Below are positions 37,619 through 51,548 of a stretch of DNA of 64,000 bases, piece after piece. Where the stretch lies: NCBI GenBank assembly GCA_951406725.2, contig OX597815.1:23312001-23376000 (forward strand). The letters are read 5' to 3'. Both the position numbers and the translations under genes were made by a program. Source of the DNA: Octopus vulgaris. Lineage: Eukaryota. The notes under the pieces are model-generated. The model saw only the letters and a list, made by a program, of their open reading frames with translations, did no database searches and was not told where the DNA came from. The number at the start of each line of letters is the position of its first letter. Position 1 is the first letter of the stretch.

Positions 37619-39227
37619 TGTGGTGTATACGGGAAATTTGAAATAAAGACACCTACTTTCTCTTCATCGACGCAGACCTCCCCAGGGGTAATGCACCCTT
37701 TCACGTGGCCCGATCCGAACACTAAAAATAGCAGCTGCTTTTCCTTTACCTTGACAAAGCGCTCACACATCCAACTCTGTCGGCTACCCTGATTGAAAAT
37801 GCCCAATGCTCCCCTACCTGCGCGTGTGTCACTTCTGCCCCTTCCTCTTCCGGTCAGCCCCAAGTTCCGGTCAGCTCCCCAGCTGCTGACGTCATCCCGC
37901 ACGCCACCCTGATCTTAAAGATCACATTCTCTCTACTCCACATCGAAGTCCACCATCTAACTGGGAGGGCGCCTTGCGCATTGAGACTTTCTCAGGCTAG
38001 GCACATCGTTCTCCTCCTCTCCACAATCGTCATCCGACGAAGCAACAATCCTGCGAAGGCCCAAGACATGTTGCGACATTCCATCCATGGAGACGTTGTT
38101 TCTGGAATTGACCACCGTCACTGTTCCTCTGCTCCATTGAGACGTACAGTGCGCCTTCGGTGACTTAACCCAGACTTCCTCCACCTTCTCTTCCTCGTGG
38201 AACTCCGGCGCTTTACTTGGATGCCTCTATTCATATTTAAATACCGCTCTGTGCAGCACAGATTCTTCAGGTTGTCTGGATCAGGGAGATATGTTGTACC
38301 AGAAAACTTCTTCCAGTGGCGAAATGTGCCCTCTTTCCGCTATGGCTTTGACTGTCCGATGGTGCCTCTCTACGATTCCATTACCGCTCGGCCTATACGC
38401 TGCTCTGAACAAGCAATGCACTTTCCACCAGTCGAGCATATCCCTCAACGCTTCCAAACGAAATGCCGCCCTGTTGTCCACTACCAGTTCTTCCATGGGA
38501 CCCCTCTCTAAAATATCCTATTCAAAATCTGTGCAATCTCATCCAGCTGATATCGCCACAGCTTGTCGCTCACATGGAGCTGCAAGTATGCCGGTTTCAA
38601 GTCGACAATCGTCGCTGCCTTGGTCGACTGTCTCCACACATGTAATGTCTTGCCACACATGTAATGTCTCGCGTGACCTTTCAGGGTATGCTGGTAGTAG
38701 CTCACCCTGTTTTTCAGCATCGGGGGCTCGTCCTTCCATCGCCACTCTATTGTCCACCGCAGACCATCGAACGCCACCTGAAAATCTTTGTCCTCAATGG
38801 TGTAAGTGGCGCAGTCCTTCGCGGGGCTCTGCTCTCTCTGGCGATCCTGACTCACAGTGCACGACGCCCCCATGCTTCCAAGTATAAGGCTCGCCACGTC
38901 ACTAACCCCTTGCAGTCTCGCCACAAGCCTGATTTTACGCATCCAGGCCACTACATCGCCCTCACCATTAAAGGATCTAATAACGTTGCTGGCAATCCTG
39001 ATCTTAGCTGCCATCGTGGTGACGTCTTATATGGAGTGCCGAAATAGCTTGTGGTGTATGCGGGAGATTTGAAATAAAGACACCTACCTTCTCTTTGTCG
39101 ACGCAGACCTTTCCGGCGGTAACGCACCCTTCCACGTTGCCCGACCTGAATGCTAAAAATAGCAGCTGCTTTTCCCTTACCTTGACAAAGGGCTACCCTG
39201 ATTGAAAAGGCCCAATGCTCCCCTGCA
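37619..39227 (-). mobile_element. Internally deleted Ty3/Gypsy LTR retrotransposon
   Basis: LTR at 37619-37942 (TGTGG...CCACA) and truncated LTR at 39050-39227. Internal gag (FNGEGDVVAWMRKIRLVARL), RT (IVDLKPAYLQLHV) and integrase (DN.AAF..YRPSGNGIVERHHRTVK) pieces. Confidence 0.9.
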
Positions 39228-40632
39228 GAAGAAGAAGAAGCAGTTATCTTTACAGACCATGTTAGCAATTATCTATATAACTGATAGCAAAGTGTGTATA
39301 AAATGAAATTAAATACAGGTTTAGTCACAGATCGATCAAGTTAGTAAAGTTTTAACATTTTTGGGACAACATTTTGTTTCGATACATTCTAATGAAAGAA
39401 GTAAATGAAAGAGATAATACCACTCTCTCTTTGGAAGAGGAATTAATTTTGGTGTTGATAGAAAAGCAGAAAAAAAAAACAGAAGCAGTTAAGTGGAGTG
39501 GGAGAACATGTTTTTGGGGCAAAATCCTAATCTATATCGAAAACATAGGAATCCCAAGACATTTTTGAAAAACAAAAGGTGAGAGGGGCGCAGATGTCAA
39601 ATGAATTTCTCTTCCAAAGAGAGAACAGCATTATCTCTTTCACTATTTCATTAGAACGCATCGAGGCACTGTGTTGTCACAAAAATGATTAAAAAAATTT
39701 CTTCAGATTCCAATGTTTTCCATATAGGAGATTAAGATTTTGTTCAAAAAAATGTTCTCAAAATTTTAATTTTCCCCCTTCCCACCTCAATTTTTTAATT
39801 TTTAACTTTTTACAAAATTTTGTTTTGTAATCCATGTAGAAAAATAGAGATTATGAATCTTTAAAAATTTGTTTTTAAATTTTTCTTCAAGAAATGCTCA
39901 AATCTCCTTCCCCAACCTTCACCCGTCACCTCCCCACTTTCAAAAAGCTAAAAACTCCGAGTATTTTGAAAGCGGGGGAAGCTTTTTCAGAAATGTCGTC
40001 TAGCTGTTGTTTCTAGCATGTCGGATTTGCTGGTGGTGGTCTGATACTTTTGACGTCTGCTATTTCAGTAGAATTCTACGCATGCGTGAAACACCAGACG
40101 AAAGTGAAACGTTCAGCGTTTTTAAGCTTTTCGAAAGTGGGGAGGTGATGGGTGGGCAAGGTGGAGGAATGGGGGGAGCAAGTGTTTTTTTTAAGAAAAA
40201 TTAAAATTTTAAAAGAAAAAAAATTCTCAGATTCGTAATCTCTGTAATTTTCTATGTGGATTTCCAAAAAATAAAATAAATAAATAAAATGGGAAAGTTA
40301 AAAATTAAGAAATTGGGGTGGTGGTGGTGGGGAAATTAAAATTTTGAAAACGTGATTTCTGGGCAAAATCCTATTTTCCTATATCGAAAACAGAAATTTT
40401 TGAATAAAAAAAAAATTAAAAAGCAAAGCGGAAATGGGTGGTGGGCACGCGTTATACCTTCTTCGCCTGATTGTTTGACGACATCGAATTTATATTATTC
40501 GCGGCGTAATTTGTTTCTAGCTGTGTGCAGCATATTTCAGAATCACCATTAAACGAAGAAACAAAAGAAATGGAAACTTGAATCTATAAAGATATGACTT
40601 TCAACAGCAATTGATGAAACTAGAAAACTTTA

Positions 40633-41461
40633 CATGATGTTTTTTAGGTTAACAAGAAAATTACGAGTGGCTTGATATAGCTGCTATTTCTAGCACACGA
40701 CATGGACGGGTATAAATGACGTTCTCAAAAAGACGCTGGAGTAGTAGAAGGAGGTAAAGCTATGTGCAGCTGTCTTCTCGCAGTCGATGGCTTGTACCCG
40801 AAAAAAACGGCGAATACAATCTTGAAAAAGAGTTTGCTGAATGGAAATTTGTTTTATATTATGCCAGATAATGATATTATAGCATGTAGACCAGAATTTG
40901 ATAAACATTAGCATGATGTTTAGGTTATCAAGAAAATTACGAGTGGCTTGATTTAGCTGCTGTTTCTAGCACACGATGTGGACGGGTATAAATGACGTTC
41001 TCAAAAAGACGCTGGAGTAGTAGAAGGAGGTAAAGCTATGTGCAGCTGTCTTCTTGCAGTCGATGGCTTGTACCCGAAAAAAACGGCGAATACACTCTTG
41101 AAAAAGAGTTTTCTAAATGGAAATTTGTTTTATAATATGCCAGATAATGATATAGCATGTAGACCAGAATTTGATAAACATTAGCATGATGTTTTAGGTT
41201 ATCAAGAAAATTACGAGTGGCTTGATTTAGCTGCTGTTTCTAGCACACGACATGGACGGGTATAAATGACGTTCTCAAAAAGACGCTGGAGTAGTAGAAG
41301 GAGGTAAAGCTATGTGCAGCTGTCTTCTTGCAGTCGATGGCTTGTACCCGAAAAAAAACGGCGAATACACTCTTGAAAAAGAGTTTTCTGAATGGAAATT
41401 TGTTTTATAATATGCCGGATAATGATATTATAGCATGTAGACCAGAATTTGATAAACATTA
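40633..41461. repeat. Tandem triplication of an about 276-bp unit
   Basis: Units start CATGATGTTT at 40633, 40912 and 41185 and are near identical. Confidence 0.95.
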
Positions 41462-41999
41462 TCGATTTTTTAAACAGCAACAGTTAAAAAAAGGCCTTCA
41501 TATGCGTCACTGAAGTGATAGCAAAATATTGAGATTGAACATGGTGCTGTGTTGGGAGATGGACAAATTTTTTCTCCTTCTTCTTCTTCTTCTTCAGAAA
41601 GTTTTAAAGTTGGTTGGATATTTCTGTAAAGATTTCCAGAGCCTCGTTATTTTAAATCACGGCGGGTTTCACACCACTTTAAAAGCAGTATGATATATAT
41701 ATATGTGGAAGTATATGAATTTGCAGTGAGGTCTGTTCAATGAATTTTTCAGACCCGCAAGAAAAAAACATCAATTACAACTGCAGAAATTTTATAAAGT
41801 AGACTGGTAAGACATTTCAAATTGCTAAAACATTATAAATATTTAAATGTTCATCAAAATGTAGAAAGAAAAACCTGAATAAGGCGAAGAATACGCACAC
41901 CTGGTGTTTTAGGGTTAACGCCGAAAACGGGTGGTGTGCGTATTCTTTACCTCCGCCCCCTGAATACAGTGTCAATAATTTCTACCAAAGGTTGGTAGA

Positions 42000-43038
42000 A
42001 ATGCTGGCATAACTACAGATTTGTACCCCCACCGACTTTGGATGATCATAACTTTCAGAAAAATAGATATTTTTTAATGAAAATTTTCTACGAATATGTG
42101 TTACATCATGTAGATTCCGAATATATAAAACTTTTGGTGGGAAAGTGTTTTAGGAGGGGTGTGGTGGTGGAATGTTTGGAAAATTCACCGGAGTTCACTT
42201 CAATTCGTCTTAACTTTCAGGAAAATGGATATATTTTAACGAAATTCTCTACAAATATACCTCGGACTATGTAGATTTCGAGGACATAACGAACTTTGGG
42301 GTAAAACAATGGGGGGGGGGGTTTATTTTTGAGAACTGTTCCTCATTCGGGGGTGTTTCAGAACAAGTTGTCCATATTTGTTTCTTTTTCTCCGTTTGTG
42401 CATCCGTAGATTTCTACTGACGCAACAGGCAATGAAGCCCTCACCAGAAAACCCGTTCTGCTAAAAACAACAGCTAAAGGTCTGGTACACAGAAATATGT
42501 TATCATGACGACATATCTGTTGCATACGATTTCTTTTTTTTTTTTTTTTTACTCCAAGTAAATTCCCAGGTAAATGAAACGGTTAATGTTTACATCTTGA
42601 CTCGGAAATGAAAATCTAAAAAAGATACTGGAATGGGTGTAAAATAAATTATAGGAAACGAATATGAAAAAAAAAAATGCATGCAAAGCAACAGAAGGGT
42701 GGGGAGAGGACCTCGGAAAATTCAGAAAATCCGAGTTTTTCCTTTTTAAATTTGAGGAAAATAGGTTTTTTTTTCAATGAAATTTTTTAGAAATACCTTT
42801 CAAATGGCATACATTACGATTATAAAGAAATTTGTGAGGGAAATCATTTCCAAAGGGTAGGAAGAGGACTTCAGAAAATTCACAAGATCCAACTTTTTCC
42901 CTCATAACTATATATGTGTGCGTGTGTGTGTGCGTGCATGCATATGTGTATGTGTGTGCGTATATATGTGTATGTGTGTGTTTATGTATATATGTGTGTG
43001 TGTGTGTGTATATATATATGTTTGTGTATATGTGTGTG

Positions 43039-43091
<53 letters not shown>

Positions 43092-43362
43092 TTTCAAAAG
43101 CAGATAGGCATCGACAGCTAGCAAGCCATGCTACTAGTCTCTGATTGCTGGTTTTGCTGGGTGGAGGTGCTCATCTCCCCTTTGTAAACATAAGGACACA
43201 GGAAATGTGTCTAGGCCAACAGGAAACGGTTTTTCCTAGGGCTAAATAGCAGTAGCATTCTTCCCTTTCATGGGACTGTCACATTAAGTTGACAACATGC
43301 CATCACTTTATCATGCTGCTACTATATAAATCTTTCGGAGAGATTTAGAAATGTAGTATTTC

Positions 43363-43449
<87 letters not shown>

Positions 43450-45260
43450 TGCAGGAGTGGCTGTGTGGTAAGTAGCTTGCTAACCAACCACATGGTTCCG
43501 GGTTCAGTCCCACTGCGTGGCATCTTGGGCAAGTGTCTTCTGCTATAGCCCCGGGCCGACCAATGCCTTGTGAGTGGATTTGGTAGACAGAAACTGAAAG
43601 AAGCTTGTCGTATATATGTATATATATATGTGTGTGTGGCTGTGTGGTAAGTAGCTTGTTTACCAACCACATGGTTCTGGGTTCAGTCCCACTGCATGGC
43701 ACCTTGGGCAAGTGTCTTCTACTATAGCCTCGGGCCGACCAAAGCCTTGTGAGTGGATTTGGTAGATGGAAACTGAAAGAAGCCCGTCGTATATATGTAT
43801 GTATATATGCGTGTATACGTGTATGTTTGTGTGTCTGTGTTTGTCCCCCTAGCATTGCTTGACAACCGATGCTGGTGTGTTTATGTCCCCATCACTTAGC
43901 AGTTCAGCAAAAGAGACCGATAGAATAAGTACCAGGCTTACAAAGAATAAGTCCCGGGGTCGAGTTGCTCGATTAAAGGCGGTGCTCCAGCATGGCCGCA
44001 GTCAAATGACTGAAACAAGTAAAAGAGTAAAAGAGAAAGAGAGTATATATATATATATATATATAATATATGTATCTATCTTTCTATGTACATAGATAGA
44101 GAGTGAGAGAAAGTAATAATGAGTGAATGAGAATAACAACAAAGGGTAAAAATAATTGAAAATGAAACAAAATTGAAGCCAAAACACTAAAAATTATTGA
44201 AAGTGGGTAGAAATAAACACTATGTAGTGTAGTAGTACTACATTAGTGTATCTGTAGAAAGTTGAATGTGGTTTCAGAATATAACAAGGAAAAATTCGGA
44301 TCTTGGGAATTTTCTGAAAGTCCTCTCCCCACCTCAAAATTTTCCCCATAAATTGCTTTATAATCGTAATGTATGCTGTTTCAAAAGTATTTATATAAAA
44401 TTTCATTGAAAAAAACCCATTTTCCTAAAAGTTATGAGGGAAACACTTGGATTTTGTGAATTTTCCGAAGTTCTCTCCCCACCCTCTTGGAAAAGATTTT
44501 CCCCACAAATTTCTTTATACTTGTAATGTATGCCATTTGAAAGGTATTTCTATAAAAATTTCATTGAGAAAACCCCCATTTTCCTAAAGGTTACGAGGGA
44601 AAAGCTCGGATTTTGTGAATATTTATCTCCCCACCTTTCCATTGCTTTGCGTGCATTTTTTTTCATACTTGTTTTCTACACATTTTTTTTACACCCATGT
44701 TTTTTCTAATTTTCGTTTCCGGGTCAAGTTGTAAACTAAACATTAACCAACATTTCTAATAGGAGAGCAGAAAACACCAGATGCAAAAATAAGGAATATA
44801 CACGCACAGTTAAATATAGAAGTGTAAAGTATAATCTGTTACATAATCTCTATAATAAACATGATATTGAATGGAATAATTCCCCGTGTGTGTGTCAAAG
44901 AAATTTATGTATGCACAAACACACAAAACGAAGAAAATGAAACAGCTATGAACAACTTGTTCCGAAACATCCCCCAATTGTTTTCCCCCAAAATTCATAT
45001 GTCCTTAGAATCTACATAGTCCAAGGTATATTTGTAGAGAATTTCATTAAAAAAATATCCATTTTCCTGAAAGTTAAAACGAATTGAAGTGGACTCTGGT
45101 GAATTTTCTGAAATTCCCCCTCCTACATTTTGTATATTCAGAATCTACATGATATAACACATATTCGTAGAAAATTTCATTAAAAAATATCCATTTTTCT
45201 GAAAGTTGTGATCATCCAAAGTCGGGAGTGGGGGATAGAAATCTGTAGTTGTGCCGGAAT
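42000..45260. repeat. Pair of about 0.9-kb diverged inverted repeats (about 42000-42905 and 44290-45260)
   Basis: For example, CGACTTTGGATGATCATAACTTTCAGAAAAAT at about 42032 versus its reverse complement at about 45195-45224. Confidence 0.75.
43448..44043 (+). mobile_element. Two tandem SINE 'A' units (5' half + near-full copy)
   Basis: Head repeated at 43448 and about 43636. Confidence 0.85.
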
Positions 45261-46899
45261 GCTAAGCTTAACTTCAAAGATTCTGGCTTGAAATCTGTTT
45301 AAACTGCATACTGAAATCAAAATTGTTTTCAAGTCAAAGCCCCTGGTCGCTCGTAACATAACTCTCCCCACTAGGGACTTAACGAGCCAGAACTTCCCAT
45401 TTTATAAGTGACGAACAAATGTCAGGTCAGTCCATCACATTAAAGATGTTAGCAGCCCAAATAAAATTTAATGGATCCAACCATGATGCAGTGAACCAAA
45501 ATGGGCAGTCAAAAGTAAAAAGCTACAATGTGGGCAGCTAAAGTTCACAAGCGTTCATGCGTCCTCTACAACCATATATGGCTTGTGTGGTAAGAAGCTT
45601 GCTTTCCAACCATATGGTCCCAGGTTCAGTTCCAGTGTGAGGCACATCGGGCAAGTGTCTTCTACTATAGCCTTAGGCCAATCAAAGCTTTGTGAGTGGA
45701 TTTGGAAACTGAAAGCCTGTCGTATATATCATCATCATCATTTAACGTCTGACTTCCATGGTGGCATGGGTGGGATGGCGTGATAGAAGCCGGCTAGGCA
45801 AAAGTCTGCACTTGACTTCTGTGACTCTTTTGACAGGATTTTTATAGCTGAATGCCCTTCCTAAAACCAATCACCCAGCATAGTGGACTTAGTGCTTTTT
45901 ATGTGGCACAAGCACAGGTGAGGTCAGTTTTGGCTGGGGTTTTACAACTGGATGCTCTCCCAAATGTCAACCACTTTACAGTGTGGATTGGATGCTTTTT
46001 AAGTGGCACCTGCACTGCTAGAGTCACCAAGTAACCTGCAAGACTAAAATCTTTTGAGAGCATTGGAGCATTGGAAGAGGTGATCTTGTGTCAAATGATA
46101 AAAGGTTTTAGTGAGGCAGGGACCAAAACAGATGTCTTGTTGTAAAGGAGGTACAAGGTTACCCAGCCAGAGAGAGAGAGATCAGGAATGAGGACAGAAA
46201 CAGGTGTGCTGCTGCAAAGGAGATACATAGTTACCCAACCTGAGGGAAGTGCAAGAGAGGGAAAGAGAGAGTGAGAGACATTAGGATAGAGATGGTGACA
46301 GTGCTGGGCATGCTCACAAGGGCTGGGAATCAGATTATAAATGGGATGGTCAAGTAAAGGCAGAGAGAGATATAGATGGTGGCAAGTGACAGGGCATACC
46401 CTTGAGGTTCGAAGGTCGTAATGTAAGTGGCAGGATATTGCCAAAGAAACGTGATTAGAGAGTGGGGTTGGGAAGTGAGTGGTGAAAAGTTGGGTGTATA
46501 AAGTGGCAAGGGGGCTACCAGATAGCAATGATACAGAGAAGTAGGGCCATGAGGACAGGTTTGGGGAGTGAGAGTTAGGCATAGTGCATGAAGGAGGAAA
46601 TGTGAGGAAGAGAAGAGATGCAGAGATGTAGATTGGTTTGTTGGGGTAAGGTGTATGAAAAGGTTTCTTGTTCCATGTGGTGGAACACAGTTTGGGGACT
46701 AGCAGGGTCAGGGTTGTGGACTAGTTTGGGGACTAGTTAGGCATAGTGCATGAAGTGGAAATGTGAGGAAGAGAAGAGATGTAGTTTGGTTTGTTGTGGT
46801 AGGTGTTTGTTGTGTGAGAAGTTTTCTTGTTATGTGTGGGTGGAATACACAGTGCTTCTAGAACTCAGTTTCACTGATGTGGGTGGATCTTCTCAAGAA

Positions 46900-48990
46900 C
46901 CTCATATCATCAGACATCTCAATCCATTGTCATTTCCTCCTTGAGGCCCAATATCCTGAGGTTGGTCCTTATCATTTCAACCCCGGTCTTCCTGAGTCTC
47001 CCTCTTCTGCAGGTACCAGCCACTTTCAGCGAACGGCATGTTTTTATGTAGCTGTCCTCATTCATACACATCTCATGTCCAAACCAACATAATCTTCTCT
47101 CTTGCATGCTACATTTGACTCCTCTTATGCCCAACTTTTCTCTCAATACATTTGCACTTTGTCGAACATGCACACTGATGCTGCACATCTAATGGAGCAT
47201 ACTGCCTGCATTTCTCTCCAGTCTACGCATGCCTTCTGCATTCAGAGCCCATGTCTCACTGCCATGGAGTATAGCCGTTTGTACATAAACATCATAAAGT
47301 CTACATTTCACTATTAGACAGAGTCCTTTTGTTACCAACAGAGGTAGTAGCTCTCTGAACTTCTGCCACACTATTCTTATTCTAGAAACAATACTGTCAG
47401 AGTATTCTCCATCATTGCTAATTTGGTCATCTAGGTAACAGAAACCATCTACAACCTCAAGAGAGCCTCCTGGGCATTTGAGAGAATCTAGTCCTGTGTG
47501 CTTTTAGTGTTTATTGTTCCTGCACATCTGCCATGTACAAAGACGACTTTATCTGTTAATCTACCTGTGATTCCACTGCACCTCTTATGTGTCCATAGTT
47601 TACACTGGATGCAGTGAATGGAATTTCTTCCAACTCCTTTCCTACATATTGAGCATGACCATTTACTTGACGGAGAGAGAATTGCACCTTCTTTCTTACT
47701 AACAACTTTGGCCTTTGCTAGTTTAACTTTGAGGCCCTTTGATTCCTGGTTTTGCTTCCATACCTGGAATTTCTTCTCGATTTCTGCTAAAGATTCTGCA
47801 ATAAGAGCAAATTATCAGCATATAGAAGATCCCATGGGCATCCAGTTTTAAATTCCTCTGTTTATGGCCTGTAGGACTATAATGAATAAAAGTGGGCTGG
47901 GAACTAAGCCTTGGTGAACCCCCTACTTTTACACAAAATTCATCACTGTTTTCATGGCCAACTTTCACCTTATTGACTGCACAACTGTACATGTCTAGTA
48001 CAACTCTTAACAAGCCACTCCTCTACTCCTAACTTTCTTAGAGACCACCATATAACAGAGCGGGGAACTCTATTGAAAGCTTTCTCCAGGTTGATGAAGG
48101 CTAAGTGCAATGGCTTACTTTTGGCCGAGTACTTTTCCTGCAGCTATCTCACTAGGAAGATAGCATCTGTGGTACTCTTCCCAGGTACGAAACCAAACTG
48201 CATCTCATCTAGTTCAATTCTATTCCTAATCAATTGAGCTATAACCCTTTCAGTAACTTTCATGACTTGGTCTAGTAATTTAATACCTCTGTAGTTGTTT
48301 CTATCTAAGGCATCACTTTTACCCTTGTAGCAGCTAACTATAATACTACTACACCAGTCATTGGGGATGGTGCCTTCCTGAATAACCTGATTAACTATAC
48401 GGGTGACTAAGCTGTATCCTACACCACTGGAAATTTTAATCATCTCAGCAATGATTCCTGATGACTCAGGGCCTTTCCTTGTTTTCATTATCTATTATGC
48501 TGCTATCAGTTTTGGTCCCTCAATTGGTTCAATATTTGGTAGACTCTTCTTCTCCCATTCATTTTCCACACTTAGTAATCTTTCATAGTGACACTTCCTT
48601 GAATCTTTCTTCTCTGAATCACTAAATGCAATTATTCATTCATACACATTTCTCACCCACCACATCTCTATTCTCTCTGATACACTGCTTTGCAATCTTG
48701 AACACCTCATGCCTCTGATCTTTATGCTGTAGAACATTTGCAAATCTCTTACCTTCAGCTATTCTTTTTGCTATGTAAACCTGATCCCTAACTGCCCTTT
48801 TGGCTACCTGATATAATTCTCTTCTTCCACCATTTTTCTAGTTTTTCCATGCTTGTCTCTTTGCTTTTATAGCACTGCCTACCTTCTTGTTTCACCACCA
48901 TGTCACCCTTGGTCTAGCTGGGACTCTGCACCAACCACAGATTTTGTCTGTAGCCCTCAGTAGATTGTCCTGCAGGAACTTCCAATTGTC
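46900..48990 (-). mobile_element. RTE LINE ORF, about 2.1 kb, degraded
   Basis: IPNDWCSSIIVSCYKGK..RGIKLLDQVMK..QFGFVPGKSTTDAIF, ILHGSETW and LCWFGH. Confidence 0.9.
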
Positions 48991-49069
48991 TCCTAAGCTA
49001 TATGTCCCCAACTACACCATCTTTGGCCCACAGACTACATTTGGAATGCATAAGACCCGCGTGTAGTGC

Positions 49070-49215
49070 TATCCCAGCGTTAGAATCAATGCATGATTTG
49101 AGAATCCATATGAGTAATGATGCAACATTCTATGTGCATATTACCGAGATGGCAACACTGTGCAGGCAAGTAGCTGGATGGATCCTTAGATCATTCAGAA
49201 CAAGGAATAAGGATT
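49070..49215 (+). mobile_element. CR1/L2-group LINE RT fragment
   Basis: HDLRIHMSNDATFYVHI......GWILRSFRTRN. Confidence 0.6.
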
Positions 49216-50759
49216 AAAGATTAAATTGTTGCGTAAATTTCTAAGTCAGTCATAACACAATGGTCAGTTCAACTCAGTTGAACTCACCATTGTGAAAAGA
49301 ACGACAAGGCAAGTAAAGTGTTGATATTAAAGTCGGTAAAAGTATAGTTAGGGGATGAAGAAGCAATAGAAGGAGATGAGAGAGAGGGAAAGAAGAAGAT
49401 GAAGGAAGAGGAAGAGAAGGTTTCATAGGCTATTTACATTTTCATCTTTATTTACTTTTTGTTTCCTCTTTATATAAGCAAAACACAAAGTCTGGCAGGC
49501 ACACAATGTAAGAGTGCAGCTTTGATGCAGGTCTGAAGAAGTGTCGCTGTAATGTTTAAAACTGCAAATATTATGCAAATTTTCATTTGGAACTTCTGTG
49601 AGAACTGGCATGAAACAATTGTAGCTGATCATTAAAGATGTGTTAAAGACTTTCTTCGCCTTATTTGGCTTATATGCGTTCACATATGCATATATAGCTC
49701 CTACACGCATTTTTTTCTCTCCTTGTTTTTTTCTGTGTATCTTTATGTCGAAGAGCATAGGCTCGAAACGTAAAAGACTTTTTCTATTTCTATTCCTGAG
49801 TGCTATACTAATACATTTGTTTGTTTGTACTCTACCTGCGTTCGTCTTTTGTTTATTTTTGTAAAATTTCCCTCTATGTATATACATACATACATACATA
49901 TGTGTATACAATGAGTTTCTCTCAGTTTCTCTTTATCAAATCTTTGGTAGGCTATGGGCTATAGTAGAAGGCACCTGCCCACAGAAGACTAAACATAGAA
50001 CCGTGTCGTTGGGAAGTAGATTTCTTAACCATGCTGCAATGCCTGTGCCAAATATATTTAATAATTTCTGTACTTGTATTATAACAAAATTAAGTTGAAA
50101 AAGTGAAAGAAAAGTTTTAAAATAATAAAAAGGAATAATGAAAAAAAGATGATTATACCCCAAAACAAACGGTTTTATGTTTATGAATTTGTTTTGTTTT
50201 GCAAGATTCCTAATGTGAAATCGTCTGTTGAAACAAATATTGTTATATTTCGGGATGGTAATTTTTTTTTTTACCAAATAAACACATGCACTATATATTT
50301 ATTCTTCATTTGTTTATTATTGTTCTTATTTTATCTTACGTCCATTGTCTGGAAATCCTTTGTCACACATCTGTGACCTCTTCAGCAACTCTTCCATTCA
50401 TGTGTTTCTTCCTGTTCTGATTAGTCCATTCTGTGTCTGTATGATGTGTATCTCTTATTTGGTGATGTGTGTCTGTGTTTTGTATGTGTGTCTATGGGTT
50501 TGTTTACTATATTATTTGTACCTGTGCCCTTTATATAGTTTTCTTTTTCATTTATTTACTTATTTATCTCTATTTCTTATATTTTCATATGTGCATGTGT
50601 GTCTATGTGTATACATGAGTTTATGTATTATACTGTTTGTATCTGTCTTTTTTTCCCTTCTGTCTTTAGTCATTGTGTTGCATGATGTGGTGGTGGTGGG
50701 GTGTTATTGTTCCATTTGTGTTCTCTGTTGAGGCTCAGTCTGTCTATTACTATGTGTGT

Positions 50760-51350
50760 AGCCACTGTAATCTATCTAAATATCATGTCTGTTCTAAGCA
50801 TTGCTAATATCTTAGTTTCTATGTTTTGATTGAGCATGTTGGTAGAACACTGATGAGTTTTTCTCCTCTTTGAGCTTCCACCAGTGGTCGCCTATCCACT
50901 CCACTATGTTACATGCCATCTCTCCAGTGTAAGCTATTGTCTTGTTTCTGCACCATTCCTCAGTACATAGTCAACTATAGACTATGTTCCTAATCTTACA
51001 GTTAACCTGTAGGTTCATTTTAAATACTATACAATTGTTCTCTGTACATGGAGATAGATCAGGGATTTTATGGACGTTCTTGGCCTTTCTACCACTTTAA
51101 TCCGTAGATTTACATTATCTAATGTTTTTCTAAAAAGATATGCTAGTTTGCCACCAGGGGTAGCATCAATGAACATGACACTCTGGTATTTTTTGGTGTC
51201 ATACCATGAGTTGGTCTTATCTATCTTTTTCTTGGTCCTTTCTATGCTATTCTAGGATTTACTCCTGTATAACTGGCAGATCCCATTTGCATCATTCTCT
51301 ATCATAGCCTTGTACTTATCCCTGACTCCTTTGTACACTCTAACCCTGTC
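50760..51350 (-). mobile_element. Penelope-like element C-terminus (GIY-YIG endonuclease), degraded
   Basis: Manual translation: MFIDATPGGKLA..LRIKVVERPRTSIKSL / PCTENNC..NCKIRNIVYS*LCTEEWC..AYTGEMACNIVEWIGDH. Confidence 0.75.
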
Positions 51351-51548
51351 CCTTTGGTTATAGCCAGAGAATTGCATGTAAACAAATGACACTTATGAAC
51401 ATCCTTCTATAGAAGCAACAGCTGTCAATGAGAGATGACTCAGGTTGAGATGACCTGTCTAACCCATGCCAGCATGGAATGCAAACATAAACATGCATGC
51501 ATACATACATACATATAAACACACGCATGTGTGCACACACACACACAC

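Noticed and set aside
40633-41461. CRISPR array or multi-exon gene repeat
   Set aside because: It is a whole-unit tandem duplication with in-frame stops and no repeat-spacer structure.
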